Notes under the pieces: model-generated
The model's database searches: none
Told to the model about the DNA's origin: nothing
The model's input: only the letters and a program-made list of their open reading frames with translations
Part shown: positions 12,472 to 25,764 of the stretch, piece after piece
Position numbering within the stretch: the stretch's first letter is position 1
Layout of the letters: each line of letters starts with the position of its first letter
Made by a program: the position numbers and the translations under genes
DNA from: Octopus vulgaris
Lineage: Eukaryota
DNA length: 64,000 bases
Reading direction: 5' to 3'
NCBI GenBank assembly: GCA_951406725.2
Contig: OX597815.1
Span: 33,790,001-33,854,000, forward strand

Positions 12472-13198
12472 GGACCATCACCATTTAACATCCATTTTCC
12501 ATATTGGCATGGCTCGGATGGTTTGACAGAAGCTGATGAACCAGAGGACTGTGCCAAGCTCTGCTGCCTGCTTTGGTGTGGTTTCTACAGCTGGATGCCC
12601 TTCTTAATGCCAATCTCCCTATAGAGTGCACTGAATAGTATTTATGTAGCACCAGCACCAGCACCAGTAAGAACACCCAGTATCTCTTGGTAGTCCATCG
12701 ATCCCCAATAAAAAAATGAAAACATAGTCTGTGATCTCAGCAGTCAGCGGTGGGAGTGCATGTAGCTCTGCAGGTTGGATACTGGTAGACTGTGGTCAGG
12801 ACTGAGGATGATGTAGCCTGGTGACATCTGTCTTTTGCGGCTGTGAAGCATTGCTGTCTATCCTCTTCAAAGGTGGCTACTGCAGTGTAGGTAGTTGACC
12901 TCCAGGTAGCCCTGTTTGTAGCAATGGTCTTAAGTTTGCAAGGTTGGATGCCACACCACTTTAGGTTGGCAAGTAGCATGCAAGAAAAAGACCCCTTAAC
13001 TGAGATGGGGAGTGGTATTGAGGAAGGTGGTTGTGTGTTATGTGATGACAGGTTACAGAAACATACATTTTGCAATAACGGAGATACGTGGTTACCCCAA
13101 CTGAAAAAAACAAGAGAAGAGAGGTAACCTTTATAGGAACTCAATAATATTAACAATGCTTATGATTTGCCACCAGATTGTAACAACTTTTAACTGAC

Positions 13199-13289
13199 CT
13201 AACAAGCCTTCTTTTGAAAGAAAATCTTCCCAATCTTCCTGTGTTTCCAACTCACGCTGAAGAATAATTTCTGCCTTCCGCCGAGCCAT
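13199..13289 (-). CDS. NME8: NME8/TXNDC3-like, first coding exon (MARRKAEIILQRELETQEDWEDFLSKEGLL); whole exon is 13199-13334 including 45 nt of 5' UTR
   Basis: ATG at 13289, tttcacAG acceptor at 13336-13335, GTCAGT donor at 13198. The N-terminus M.R.K.E..LQ....Q..W...L.K.GL is typical of NME8/NME9. Confidence 0.93.
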
Positions 13290-13524
13290 ACTAGATTTCG
13301 TCGGACTCCTAACGTTCTCTTCAGATAATGTTGGCTGTGAAACCACAAAAAGAATTAAACCTCAAATTAGTTATAAGATTGATCTTTTTTCCTTTGGATT
13401 TACATATTGCAATATAAACTATCCAAAAAGTACAGTTTTATAATTCATTATTGCTTTTTTAAATTAATCTAATTAGTTTCAAATACAGTTGCGTGTTTCT
13501 TAAAATGATTATCATGAATCACTT

Positions 13525-13745
13525 ATTTCTTTACTACCCACAAGGGGCTAAACACAGAGAGGACAGACAAACGGATTAAGTCGATTACATCGACCCAGTG
13601 TGTAACTGGTACTTAATTTATCGACCCCGAAAGGATGAAAGGCAAAGTTGACCTTGGCGGAATTTGAACTCAGAACGTAGCGGCAGACGAAATACCGTTA
13701 AGCATTTCGCCCGATGTGCTAACGTTTCTGCCAGCTCGTTGCCTT
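13525..13745 (-). mobile_element. SINE family B (central domain gcctttcatcctttcggggtcgataaa, MetaSINE-like)
   Basis: Reverse complement of the full copy at 50507-50741. Confidence 0.85.
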
Positions 13746-14141
13746 ATCATGAATCACTGTAAAGTCAATGCATTTGTAACAAAAGTATCATGGTTTCATT
13801 AGGTTTCTCAACTCTAACAGCTGCGACATAGAAAGACCTGTGTGTTAATGAGATTACATAAACACAAGCATGAGTGTCGATATGGGAATGTGTGTAGATA
13901 TTTGTCTGCATCTCAGTTAGTGTATCTGATATAATTATGGTAATATTTGTGTCAACACAAGTGCTTATATGAGTATGCTTATGGAGATGATATACAACAG
14001 AATTTCACATTCTCTCTTTCCCCTGCAGCACAGTACACAAATACACGCACATGCTTGCTCGCATGCACACACACACACACAGACAAGGCACACATACACA
14101 CATAAGGCACACACATGCAGGTGCACGCAGGCACACACACA

Positions 14142-14554
14142 CATCATCATCATCATTGTTCGACCGTGGTCGAGACAATGGAATTTACCATGCTACGCCA
14201 GACTTCATGGTCCATCATAGCATTACAGAGGTCCTGTTGCTGGATGCCTGTATCCCTGGAGATTACATCAGGGTAGGAGAGTGTGCGCCCTCTGGTATCG
14301 AGAGTAGATGCCTTGTTTTCAGCTTTACAACAATGTCCAGCAAACTGGACTCTCCTACCTTTCACAAGAGATTACACAGGGGGTAGTTTCCCATATATTT
14401 GCATTTTGGTTGGATGACGCTTTCACGAGAGATTTTGAGCTCTCATAAGGAAGCGAGTGTAGGTTCCATCCAACCGCCTCTCAAGCTTCTTTGATAACGT
14501 CCAGGTTTCTGAGCCATATAGTAGAATTGGTTCGACTGTGGCTTTGAAGATTTC
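14142..14554 (-). mobile_element. RTE-like LINE 3' fragment
   Basis: IFKATVEPILLYGSETWTL...LDGTYTR. It is an inverted relative of 5544-5897. Confidence 0.88.
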
Positions 14555-15013
14555 ACACACACACACAAATACAACACGTATATGCATGTGCACACACACA
14601 TTCACATACCACACAAGCACAAGTACATACACAGACACAAGTACCACGCACACAGATACATGTGCCTACACACATGCACACATACACACACACATGCACC
14701 ATACACAAACACACACACACGTGCTGTTTCCTTATGATTGCCCATGAAATCCAGAGACGATTATCTACGTTCGTGAATCCTTTAACGACTGCACATCCCA
14801 ATCCTTGGTGTTCAGTTTTTGTATGGTTGGCAAGATATGTAAATCTTTAGTTGGAGAGACTAGATTTAAGACATACAAGCCTTTTTGCTTCTCATAGTAC
14901 TCAGTGCATTTCTCCTTCACACTTTTGTCCTTCCTACGGCAGTGGAGTGGATAAAGTGAGTGGCAGATAGTGATATCTTCCATTCTCAATGAATATATGG
15001 ACACATGTGCTCC

Positions 15014-15057
<44 letters not shown>

Positions 15058-15439
15058 ATCATTGCTATTATGCAAAAGTGCTGTAAGTTCAAAACATTGT
15101 TTTTTCAGAAAATAAAAAATAGTTTCACCATTCCATTGCAAAACCATTGTACTACACTTTGACAATTTTTACATCTTGGCATCTGAAGCTACTGGAGATA
15201 TGATAGTTTGACCAATAGAATTGGCTATTGCAAGCAAAAATAAATATTGAAACAAATGCATTTGGCCAAATTTGGACATACGACAGTTTAGCATAATAGC
15301 AATGATATATATAAGAAAATGAGATGGAAAAGGAACAATTTATTATCTTATGAACATCATTACCTTACAACTGTTTCTACTATAAAATGCAGTAGACTCA
15401 TAGTTGAGTGCCTGAGTAACACCTTATAGCTTCAATGGG

Positions 15440-16180
15440 ACAACCTGGGTGTTATTGTCGACAGTGATTTGCGTTGGACGAAACACATCGCTAAAGTTGT
15501 CAAGAAGGCTGAGGGTGTCTTGGCATTACTCACCAAATCCTTTGTGAGCGGCTCTCCGACTATCTATCTACGGCTTTATATAGCTAGGGTAAGACCTTAC
15601 CTGGAATTTGCATCACCGGTCTGGAACCCCTATCTTGCCCAGGATATCAATCATCTGGAAGCCGTTCAGCGACGTGCAACCAAAAGAATACCCTCCATCA
15701 GGCATTTGCCATATCCTGAACGCCTTACTTCCCTGGGCATGGACACATTGAAACTCCGACGTCTGGCAGCTGACTTGGCAGACACCCATAAAATTATCAA
15801 CCATCTTACAAACAATAACTCTGAGCACCTTTTCAAACTCCACCTGTCTAACACCCGTGGACACATTTACAAAGTCAGAAAACAGCACAGCTCCCATGAC
15901 TTTAGGAAACATTTTTTCACGCTGAGAGTTGCTGAAACATGGAACAAACTGCTGGCATCAGTTGTTAGTTGTCGGAGCACTGCACCCTTCAAAACTTCTA
16001 TGCTTTCTGAGATTCGTCAACACTACACCTGATTTTCTCCCCTCCATGCACACACAAGCTTATATCTGACTCATACATTGTTCGCTTTCCAGACATTTGT
16101 ACATTACTGCATACACCTTATACGCACTTTCTGACAAGTTGTGGTGCACCTGAGCACTGTATACAATAATTTCATTATTA
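15440..16180 (+). mobile_element. CR1/L2-group LINE 3' fragment
   Basis: LGVIVDSDL.W..HI...VRPYLEFASPVWNP...LEAVQRRATK...TRGH...FFTLRV..WNKL, followed by a 3' UTR ending (ATT)n. Confidence 0.9.
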
Positions 16181-17479
16181 TAAGAGCAATTTATACATGC
16201 ATACACACACACATACATATATATGTATATAGTTATGGTATATTCTGTTAAGAACGTAATAGAGTACAATATAAAGCTCATCCACATTCAGATTTCACCC
16301 TGTGCTATCCAATAGTAGCGTTATACACACTTCCAGGTTTGCATTTGGGCCTCTGTTGTGTATGAATAGATAACTGAAGGAGAATGGCTGGACATTTATT
16401 TTCAATCACTACAATTGTTTCTACACAATGTAGTTCTCAAAGCATACAGGGACTTGATTATACCACAGTTTCCTCACATTATGAGATCTAGTTGTGTTTC
16501 CTCAGGTGATATGTAAATATTGTCTCCGTTAAGTTAGCAGTTATATTAATTTTACGAAAACTTGACCTCTTATTTATAGAAATATCTGATAGCCCACAAC
16601 TGTAGATGAGCTTAAAATAGAAAGCTCCAGAGTTAGAAACCATATGAAATTGATATATATATATATGTGTGTGTGTGTGTGTATACATGTATATATATAT
16701 ATATGCATGTTATATAATTTGACAGTGTATCAGAAGAAATAAGTATATAAGCACACAGGAATAAAGAATAGAAAGACAATTAGACAAGTGGGATGTGAAC
16801 CCACATCCCTTGGACAACAACATCCAAGTATACGACTATTATGCTACTGAATCTTCACCAATTTTCTATTTCAGCTTTCAACTAACATCTAACACAAGAA
16901 AAAAATCTCAAACATTTTTAAGCTTAAAAAAATATTGGTGCTATTCACAGCATTTCCTAAGAACACACGGTGACAAAATTCATGGAAAAACACACTTTAG
17001 AATATATCTCTTACCGATTCCATAGTTAGCTAGTTTCAGAAAAAGAGAAATACATTTAAAATATTTATTTTTTTAAAACTCAGCACTTTTTTTTTTCACC
17101 ATTGGTTGTAAAATTTAACATCAAAAGCAAATTATTATGGTACAACGAAGAATAAAATTTAATCATTTGAAATGCAAAACAAATTCTTCAAATAATATTT
17201 TTTGTTCAATTATGATTGGATGAAGGCAAAATTAGTTGTGCTTGGGGCTAATGATGCTGCTGCTATTTCTGCATGTATGTGATTTTCAGGGTTATATGAA
17301 CTAAGTAGGGGAGACAGTTGTTTGTGATGGTTGTTGTGATGGTTGTAGATGCAATGGTGAGGTTGTAATGGCCATGGTATTTTAACCCCAGGTCATCTAT
17401 AATTGAGTAGACTTATGATTAAATGGCATCCCAGCCCTGATCATCCACCTTTTTTTCTGTTTTTGAGTATATGGGACTA

Positions 17480-19400
17480 CATTGTCAAAAGTGACCTTTC
17501 CTTTTCCAAACCACCTGTACACTAAATTCATTGCTGTACTCATTACCAATTCTCACCTTACTGACAGCACCCTTGTACATTACTTGTATGGCTCTTACAA
17601 GTCATTCATCTTCCTCTAGCTTTCTCAGGTAACTCCAAATAACAGAGTGAGATACCCTGTCAAAGGCTTTTTCCAGGTCAATGAATGCCAAGTACAATGG
17701 CTTACTTTTAGCTAAATACTTCTCCTGAAGTTGCCTAACTCAAACAAAGGCATCAGTAATCCTTTGCACAGGCACAATTTCAAACCTAATTCTTTTCTTA
17801 ATTAATCAGGTTAGAACTCCCTCCATAACTTCCATGGCCTGGACAAGAAATTTGATACTTCTATCTCTTTTATCCTTGTAACAGTTGACTATAATACTGA
17901 TATGCCAGTTGTTGGGTATAACGTCTTCTTTTACAACCTGATTACCTAAACATATGTCTAGGCTGTACCCTTCTCTGCCCAATATTTTCAGCATCTTAGT
18001 GTTGATTCCTAATAGATCAAGGGCTTTTCTTGCCTTTATATCCTTGATTATTTTATCTATCACACTGCTGTCAATGAGAATAGCTGGTCCCTTTTTTGGA
18101 CCCACGTTGGGAAGATCCCCTTTCTCTCATGCATACTCCACATTTAATAGTCTTCCATAGTAGCACTTGTATGCCTCCTTTTCAGCATCACTGAATACAA
18201 GTGAACCATTATTCATCTGTATACACTTCTCACCCACAACATCTTGATTCTCTCAGATACACTGTCTAGCAATTCAGAATATCCTCACTATTCAGACCCA
18301 AAACTGGAGAATATTAGCAAACCTTTTCCTTTCTGATTCTCCTATTGTTATATATATCCACTACCTAGCTTCTCTTCTAGTTACCTGGTATGATTCTCTG
18401 CTATTTCCATTTCTCCAATCTTTTTAAGCTTGTCTCTTCATTTTTATAACTCTATCAACTTCACTAATTCACAATCATGTCACCTTTGGTCTGGATGAAA
18501 CTTTGCACCATCCACAGATTGGGTTCAGTTTTTCTCAATGGGTTGTCCTGAACTCCCACATCTCCTCCATATTATATGTTTTTATTTCCACCTCCATCTT
18601 GCCAAATGCTTTAACTAGTACTTCTCTAATTTTCTGATTATTCATTGTATTTTTAAACTTCCATAACTTCCATTCCAAACTGGTTTGTGTCTCTGAGTCC
18701 TTTCAGCTCTAAGTCTAAAGTCACTAGCTACTAACTAACGTTGGATTACACATTCTTCACACTAGACAGACTTTGCATTCACAAGCATTTATTGATCTTA
18801 TTTTCTGGTGGGAATGTCATCAATTTGGTTTGTGTGCCCAACAGACTGATAAGTGATCAAGTGACTGGATGGTTTCTTGAAGTTAGTGCTGCCGGTCATC
18901 AGGTTATTTGCATCATAAAACTCAAAAAACCTTGCCCCTTCCTTATTTCTTGGACCACAGCCATAGCATCCATCCAGTTGTTCCCCATGTATGTTGAAAG
19001 TATCAGCAAAAAAGAGAAAGCGACTATCATTTGTGAAGAGGTAATTTGCAAAAGAGTTTTGTAAAATTGGCTCTTTTGTTCATCTGCCAGTCCTGATTGA
19101 GAAACATATGCAAAGAGAAATTTTGCTTTTGTATTCTCCAAGACCAGGCTTAGTTATCTTATCACACTGTCTGCCTCAATCACTTCTCAATCATTTCTCT
19201 GCCCAAAGTATGCCCACTACTCCCATGCCATCACTATTGCCTACCCAGAAGTATTTACATCATTGTTCTATGCTCATGAGTGGTCTATTGAAGCTCATCC
19301 ATTTCACCTTACCACTTGCATACAACACACATCTAAATGCCTCCAATCTACCTTTACAACAATCTCACCAGACCTACTTTTCCTTTTTCCTACATTGATT
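17480..19400 (-). mobile_element. Old, degenerate RTE (BovB-like) LINE with endonuclease and RT remnants
   Basis: Fragments AYVSQSGLADEQKSQFY, IPNNWHISIIVNCYKDK and LAFIDLEKAFDRV, with many stops. Confidence 0.8.
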
Positions 19401-19751
19401 GTGGCTGTTTTAAGGCTGTGATCTGGATGAGAAGAGTAAGTGAGCAGCATCTAAAAACAAGAAGGTTTGTGGGAATGTTTGCCTAAAGGAAGAGGGCTCT
19501 TGCACAAATCCAAATAATTACAGAAGTAGTACTGCTCATTAAATTACCATACCTGCCAGATCCCAAAATCCCCACTACTATAAAAGAAGTAAAAAGCCTA
19601 CACTTTGACTGAAAAACTACTGAAATGGGGAGTGATACATTGCTATTCATGTCAAGAATAACGAGTAATAGTGATTGCATACATTGAAGATACATTTTAC
19701 ACACATATACACATATATGTACATCTATATATATATATATATATATATATA

Positions 19752-20204
19752 TGACCCGTTGAGGCAAGCGAAGTCGATATAGAACCTCATCCGACGACAG
19801 GCACCCATGCCAACCCCCTTTGCTTGCGAAGACATGTTGGGGCAAGCGAAATCGAATTGAACCAGCCAGGATCCCTGGTCTGGTGGTACGTAAAAAAGCA
19901 CTATCCGACTCGTGGCCGATGCCAGTGCCGCCTCGACTGGCTTCCGTGCCGGTGGCACATAAAATATACCAATCCGACCGTGGCCGTTGCCAGCCTCGCC
20001 TGGCACCTGTGCAGGTGGCACGTAAAAAGCACCCACTACACTCACGGAGTGGTTGGCGTTAGGAAGGGCATCCAGCTGTAGAAACATTGCCAGATAAGAC
20101 TGGAGCCTGGTGCAGCCTTCTGGCTTCCCAGATCCCCGGTCGAACCGTCCAACCCATGCTAGCATGGAGAACGGACGTTAAACGATGATGATGATGATGA
20201 TGAT
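19752..20204 (+). mobile_element. SINE-like family C, young GC-rich copy between (TA)n tracts
   Basis: High similarity to 1385-1810, internal gtggcacgtaaaaagcac repeats, (GAT)n tail. Confidence 0.85.
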
Positions 20205-20211
20205 GTATACA

Positions 20212-20244
<33 letters not shown>

Positions 20245-20366
20245 TGGCCTGCTCGCTTAGCCAGAGGGATGGCATCATTTGAAGGCTAAAACAATGCGAA
20301 GCGCATTGTGACCAGCGATGTGTAGCAACATCTGATAGCCTGGTCGGTCATGGTGATATATATATA

Positions 20367-21258
20367 TTACTTTGGTAAGAAAGTTCTTGGACAAGTCATT
20401 GAAGCCGATCCAATGCAAACTGCACGTCAACTTGTAGTACAGTTTGGCGTCTCCCATGTCATGATCATCAACCACCTGCATCGTCTCGGCAAGGACAGCA
20501 AGCTTGGAAAATGGGGGCCACATGAATTGACTGAAGTGAGCAAGCAAACATGTGTCACTGCATGTCAAAGTCTGCTCTGGCGAAGCTGAAGATTCGATTG
20601 ATCGGAGTCAGTAATCACTATGGATGAAAAGTGGGTACTGTACTCCAACATGAAGCATAGATGATCCTGGTGTAGCAAAGGTCAATAGCCAAAACCTTTG
20701 CCAAAAGGACCGCTTGTGCAAAAGAAGGTTATGATCTCAGTTTGGTGAGATTGCTGTGGTGTGATCATGTTGGATCTTCTCCCATGCAATGCCACTGTTG
20801 AGAAGGAAGTCTACTACGAACAAATCAACCATCTAAAGATCACACTGTCTGAAAAACGCTCAAATTTGAAGAAGATAATTTACCACCAAGACAACGTGCC
20901 AGCACATCGGGCAAAGAAGACGTCAGAGAAGCTGAAGGATGTAAGCTGGGAGATTATGGTGCACCCACCATATTCTCCTGACCATGCCCCTTCTGACTAC
21001 CATTTATTCTCTGCCTTGCAACGTGCAATTGGTGATACAGAGTTCGAAAACAAAGATGTGAAATCGTTCCTTTATGACTTTATTGATTCAAAGCCACGTG
21101 ATTTCTGGATGAAAGGATTCAAAACTTCGCCTGAAAGATGGCAAAAGGTGATCGATAACAAGGGTGATTACCTTTTGGATTGGTTGTTCTTTGTTGTTTT
21201 TTTAATTGTTAATAAAGTGATATGTTAAAAGTGTCCAAGAACTTTCTTACCAAACTGA
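20367..21258 (+). mobile_element. Internally deleted mariner (DD34D) pseudogene
   Basis: TIRs tttggtaagaaagttcttggaca / tgtccaagaactttcttaccaaa inside TA runs. Motifs WGPHEL, TMDEKW, HQDN..AH and HPPYSPD.APSDYHLF, with in-frame stops. Confidence 0.93.
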
Positions 21259-21309
21259 TATATATATATAAAATATCCAACCACGTGCTTTCACATACCA
21301 ACTCTCTCA

Positions 21310-21346
<37 letters not shown>

Positions 21347-21357
21347 TATATAGAAGG

Positions 21358-21408
21358 AGCTTCTACAGGACTAGTACTGTTTCATTCAAGAGAAATCTTC
21401 AGGAAGCT
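21358..21408 (-). ncRNA. Type I hammerhead ribozyme (near-complete)
   Basis: AGCUUC-CUGAAGA-UUUC-UCUU-GAAU-GAAACAG-UACUAGUC-CUGUA-GAAGCU. It has a 6-bp helix I, intact core boxes, a 4-bp helix III and a GUA cleavage triplet. Confidence 0.8.
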
Positions 21409-21689
21409 ATTTAACAAGAATTGTATTAGCATTTATACATTTAGGCAGGTTTAAAGGAGTGGTGGTGGGGGACTTTTTTGGGGGTAGGCATAGCGCAAAA
21501 TATCATACTTGGGGGAGTGGTCAAGGAGTCAGTGGTAAGTTAGATGAAAGAATAGATAAATAAAAAAATAAAAAAATAAAAAAATAAAAAAATAAAAAAA
21601 TAAAAAATATATATAAAAAATATATATATAAAAAAATATATATATAAAAAAGGGGGGATAGAGTTATAGGTAAATAAGGAGATTCTCAC

Positions 21690-22204
21690 TTATACCTATA
21701 CATACATGTATACGTATCTACACACACATATATACACATATATATATATATATATATATACATATATATACATATACATATATACACACATACATACATA
21801 TCTACATACACACATACATACACCCGCCCACATATACAAATTTATACACATGCACATGCATATACCTGTCTACACATACACACACGTATATATGCATACA
21901 CTCACTCCCATGCATGCACGCATACACACATGTATATATATATATACCCACGACCACACATACATATATACACAGAAAAATATATTCATACGCACATACA
22001 CTCATGCACACACAACACACCTAGTTCCCTATATACACATATTTACACCTATATATACATACACCCACATACACATATGTACATATATATATATATATAC
22101 ATATACACGCATACATATATATACATGTGTGCACATACATACATATACACATATACATACACATACACATACACATGTGTACCTATACATACCTACACAT
22201 ACAC

Positions 22205-22247
<43 letters not shown>

Positions 22248-22573
22248 CCAATACAGGCCCATTCCCTAATTTTAATTTTATTATCTTCATTTATTACTTT
22301 TGTTATCTTTGATCGCTAGAGCTAAGGATCCTGGCTATGGCAGCATGTCCATTTGTCTGTCTACTAGAAGGCAAGTACTCATTCCCGCACGCACACTCAT
22401 TAGCACGTACATTCACCTATTCGTACACTCATACACATACACGTACGCACGCGTTATATTCATACATACAAATATCTACATACGTTCACGTATATACACA
22501 TACGTACTCGTACCTATAGATTCGTGTCTACACTTTAGGAGGCTAGTCTATACATATACACCAATAAATATAC

Positions 22574-22604
<31 letters not shown>

Positions 22605-22642
22605 TACACACACACACATATACTCCTACATACAGATACATA

Positions 22643-22700
<58 letters not shown>

Positions 22701-23217
22701 CATACATACACATACACACATATATATACACACACATACATACACATATATATACATACACAAACATATATACACACATATATATATATATACACACATA
22801 CACACACATACATACATATACACACAAACACATACATACGTATACATACATACATACATACATCCATACATCCATACTTACATGCATTTATACGCATACA
22901 CACACCACCCATCTATATATATATATATATATATATACACACTCACACATACATATACAAATATACGCACACACATACATACATACACGTATACACATAC
23001 ACGCACATACACATATACATGCGTACCCATACACGTGCACACACGCACGCGCATCCATATATATACACACACACACATATATATACACGTGTGCAAGCAT
23101 ACATACATACTCATACACGCACACATACTTACATATACATATATGCACACACTTACACACATATATACATACACATATACATGCATACATACATATATGC
23201 ATACATACACACACGCA

Positions 23218-23269
<52 letters not shown>

Positions 23270-23663
23270 CATATACATACACATATACATATACATACAC
23301 ATAGACATACATACATATATATACACATATATACACATATACACATACATATATACACATATACATACATATACATACACACACACATACATATATACAT
23401 ATACACTGATACACATACCCATACATATATATATATATATACACACACACACATATACACATGCATATACTTATATCTCTACATACTCACATATATAAAC
23501 ATATATACATATACACACACATATATATACATGTACATACACATACATATACATATACATATATATATATATATACCCATATATATATATATATACACAC
23601 ACACACATACATATACACATATACATGTATACATACGCAATAATGATACACATATCTACACAT

Positions 23664-23707
<44 letters not shown>
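21690..23707. repeat. About 2 kb degenerate (TA)/(CA)/(TACA) microsatellite array
   Basis: Directly visible. It accounts for many spurious Y/T/H/I and V/C/Y/M ORFs. Confidence 0.95.
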
Positions 23708-23709
<2 letters not shown>

Positions 23710-23710
<1 letters not shown>

Positions 23711-24393
23711 TTCCTGGGTTACCCCTTCCACTCTGGAATAGGACCTCCGAGGCAATAACTTGGTTCCGGGATTTACCAGATAAAAGCAACACCCGATTCC
23801 TACAACTGGATATCGAGGATTACTACGCCTCTATATCGGAGAGCTTGCTGATCGATGCGATTAACTTCGCCAGGAGGTCCTCCACCTTCACCGAGGCCGA
23901 GCAAGATGTGATCCTCCACGCACGTAAGACTTTTCTTTTCTATGACGGATCCCACTGGATCAACAAAAAATCTGTGACCCCCTTCGACGTCAGCATGGGT
24001 GCTAACGACTCTGCTGAAATAAGTGACCTAGTGGGCCTTTTCATCCTCCATAGGCTGAAAACCCTATTCACAGGCCTCTCCGGTGGTCTTTACCGAGATG
24101 ACGGCCTTTTCGCCCTCCACAATATAAACCCCAGGACCACGGATGGGTTCCGGAAAAATCTTCACACCTTCTTTAAAAACTTAGGCCTTAGGATTACCCT
24201 AGAATCCAACTTAACTAAGGCTAACTTCCTAGATGTCACCCTCGACTTAAAAACCTCACTTTATTACCCGTACCACAAACCAAATGAATCCCTTAGATAT
24301 ATAGATATCAATTCCAACCACCCCAGAAATATATTAGATAACCTAGTAAAAAGTGTCTCAATTAGAATCTCTAGCCTGTCCGCCACGGAAGAT
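23710..24393 (+). mobile_element. Penelope-like element RT core fragment (possibly Naiad clade), stop-free
   Basis: [12 protein letters not shown]...FLQLDIEDYYASI...FDVSMGANDSAEISDLVGL...GLYRDDGL...NFLDVTL...YHKP...YIDINSNHP. Both ends run into (TA)n. Confidence 0.92.
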
Positions 24394-24394
24394 A

Positions 24395-24463
<69 letters not shown>

Positions 24464-24739
24464 TACACATACACACATGTATTTAAATATATATATATGT
24501 GAATACACCCTAGAAGAAAAGGGCAGGAGGCATGTTGCTGATTAGTGGTGGTGGTATGGATGGGTAGTTGGTGAAAGCTGGAAGAAAAATACATGGACCT
24601 ATATTGCTCTCTTTCCAATCAAGTTATTATTATTCATTTAAGCCGGTTTTGTTGGAACTCCTGGAATCTTGCATGAGCAACAAGCTTGCTACCTGCAGCC
24701 TATGGTACCATGCTATTCGCTCTTTTCAACTATCAAATA

Positions 24740-25735
24740 TTTTCCCAATCATTCTGGTCAAGTCAAGAAGGCAAACTTTTTATAACAGCCCCACCAGACA
24801 TTTTATTCTCATTTTCTTTATGTTCCTCTCAATATCTTTTGATACTATCCCCAAGACCCCCAACAATAATCAACACTATCTTCACTTTTTACATTTTCCA
24901 CAGTTGGGTTATCTCATATCTAACAGGATTATAAACATCAACTTTCTCATCTTCCTTCTTAACTATTCATGGGTCAAATAGGCATGTAATATCAATTATA
25001 GAGCACATTTGGTTTATTCTGTCCACCACCATTAGGTCTGGTTTGTCAAGCTCAAGTACCTAGTCTGTTTGAACTGGGAACTCCCACAGGATTTTGCAAG
25101 TTTCTGATTCAGACACTCTCTGTGGCTTGTAATTGTACCATGTGTTACCTCTCTCTAAACCCCACTTTTCACAGTTTCCACTGCAGAACTTTTACTACTT
25201 CATCATGTCACCACAACTTATACTGGTTTTGGGCAAGTCTAGGACATTCATTTACAATATGGGAAATAGTTTAATCAAACCTATAGCAAATTGAGCACAA
25301 AGGAGACACATGCTCATTTCTAAGACTGAACCCCCAATTTGTGGCCAAAGATTGGTCTTGCACTGCAAGTATAGTGCTCTCAGTTTCCTTTTTAAGTGAA
25401 GTGCTCTTTTTTTTTTAATCAGTCCCATCTACATTCCCCAATACCTTCAGTTGTGGCTATATGGAATTGATTATGCAGTCTGTTGCTGTGTGGTACTTCT
25501 TCATGTCTTTCTTGTACTTCTTTTGTTCTTTTATTTTTACCTCCTTTCAATATGCCCGCTTCTCTAATTACCACTAGCAAGGTTCCTCACTTTGGGTTTG
25601 ATATTTCAGTAAGCTCCCAAGTTCAATGTGCACACAGTCTTCTACACTTAACAGTCTTCTTCCTCCATTTGCTCTGTTCATGTATAGACCATCAAATTCT
25701 GTATGTGGATGATGGACTCCATGCATGGTTACAAG
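24740..25735 (-). mobile_element. Degenerate R4/Dong-like (REL endonuclease) LINE 3' part
   Basis: Minus strand encodes DKPDLMVVDRINQMCSIIDITCLFD and VGVLGIVSK..., the PD-(D/E)xK REL motif region. Confidence 0.7.
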
Positions 25736-25764
25736 CTATTATTATTATTATTATTATTACTATT

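Noticed and set aside
21706-23792. Many long ORFs (up to 334 aa) rich in Y/T/H/I or V/C/Y/M
   Set aside because: They are translations of TA/CA microsatellites, which lack stop codons. There is no domain signal.
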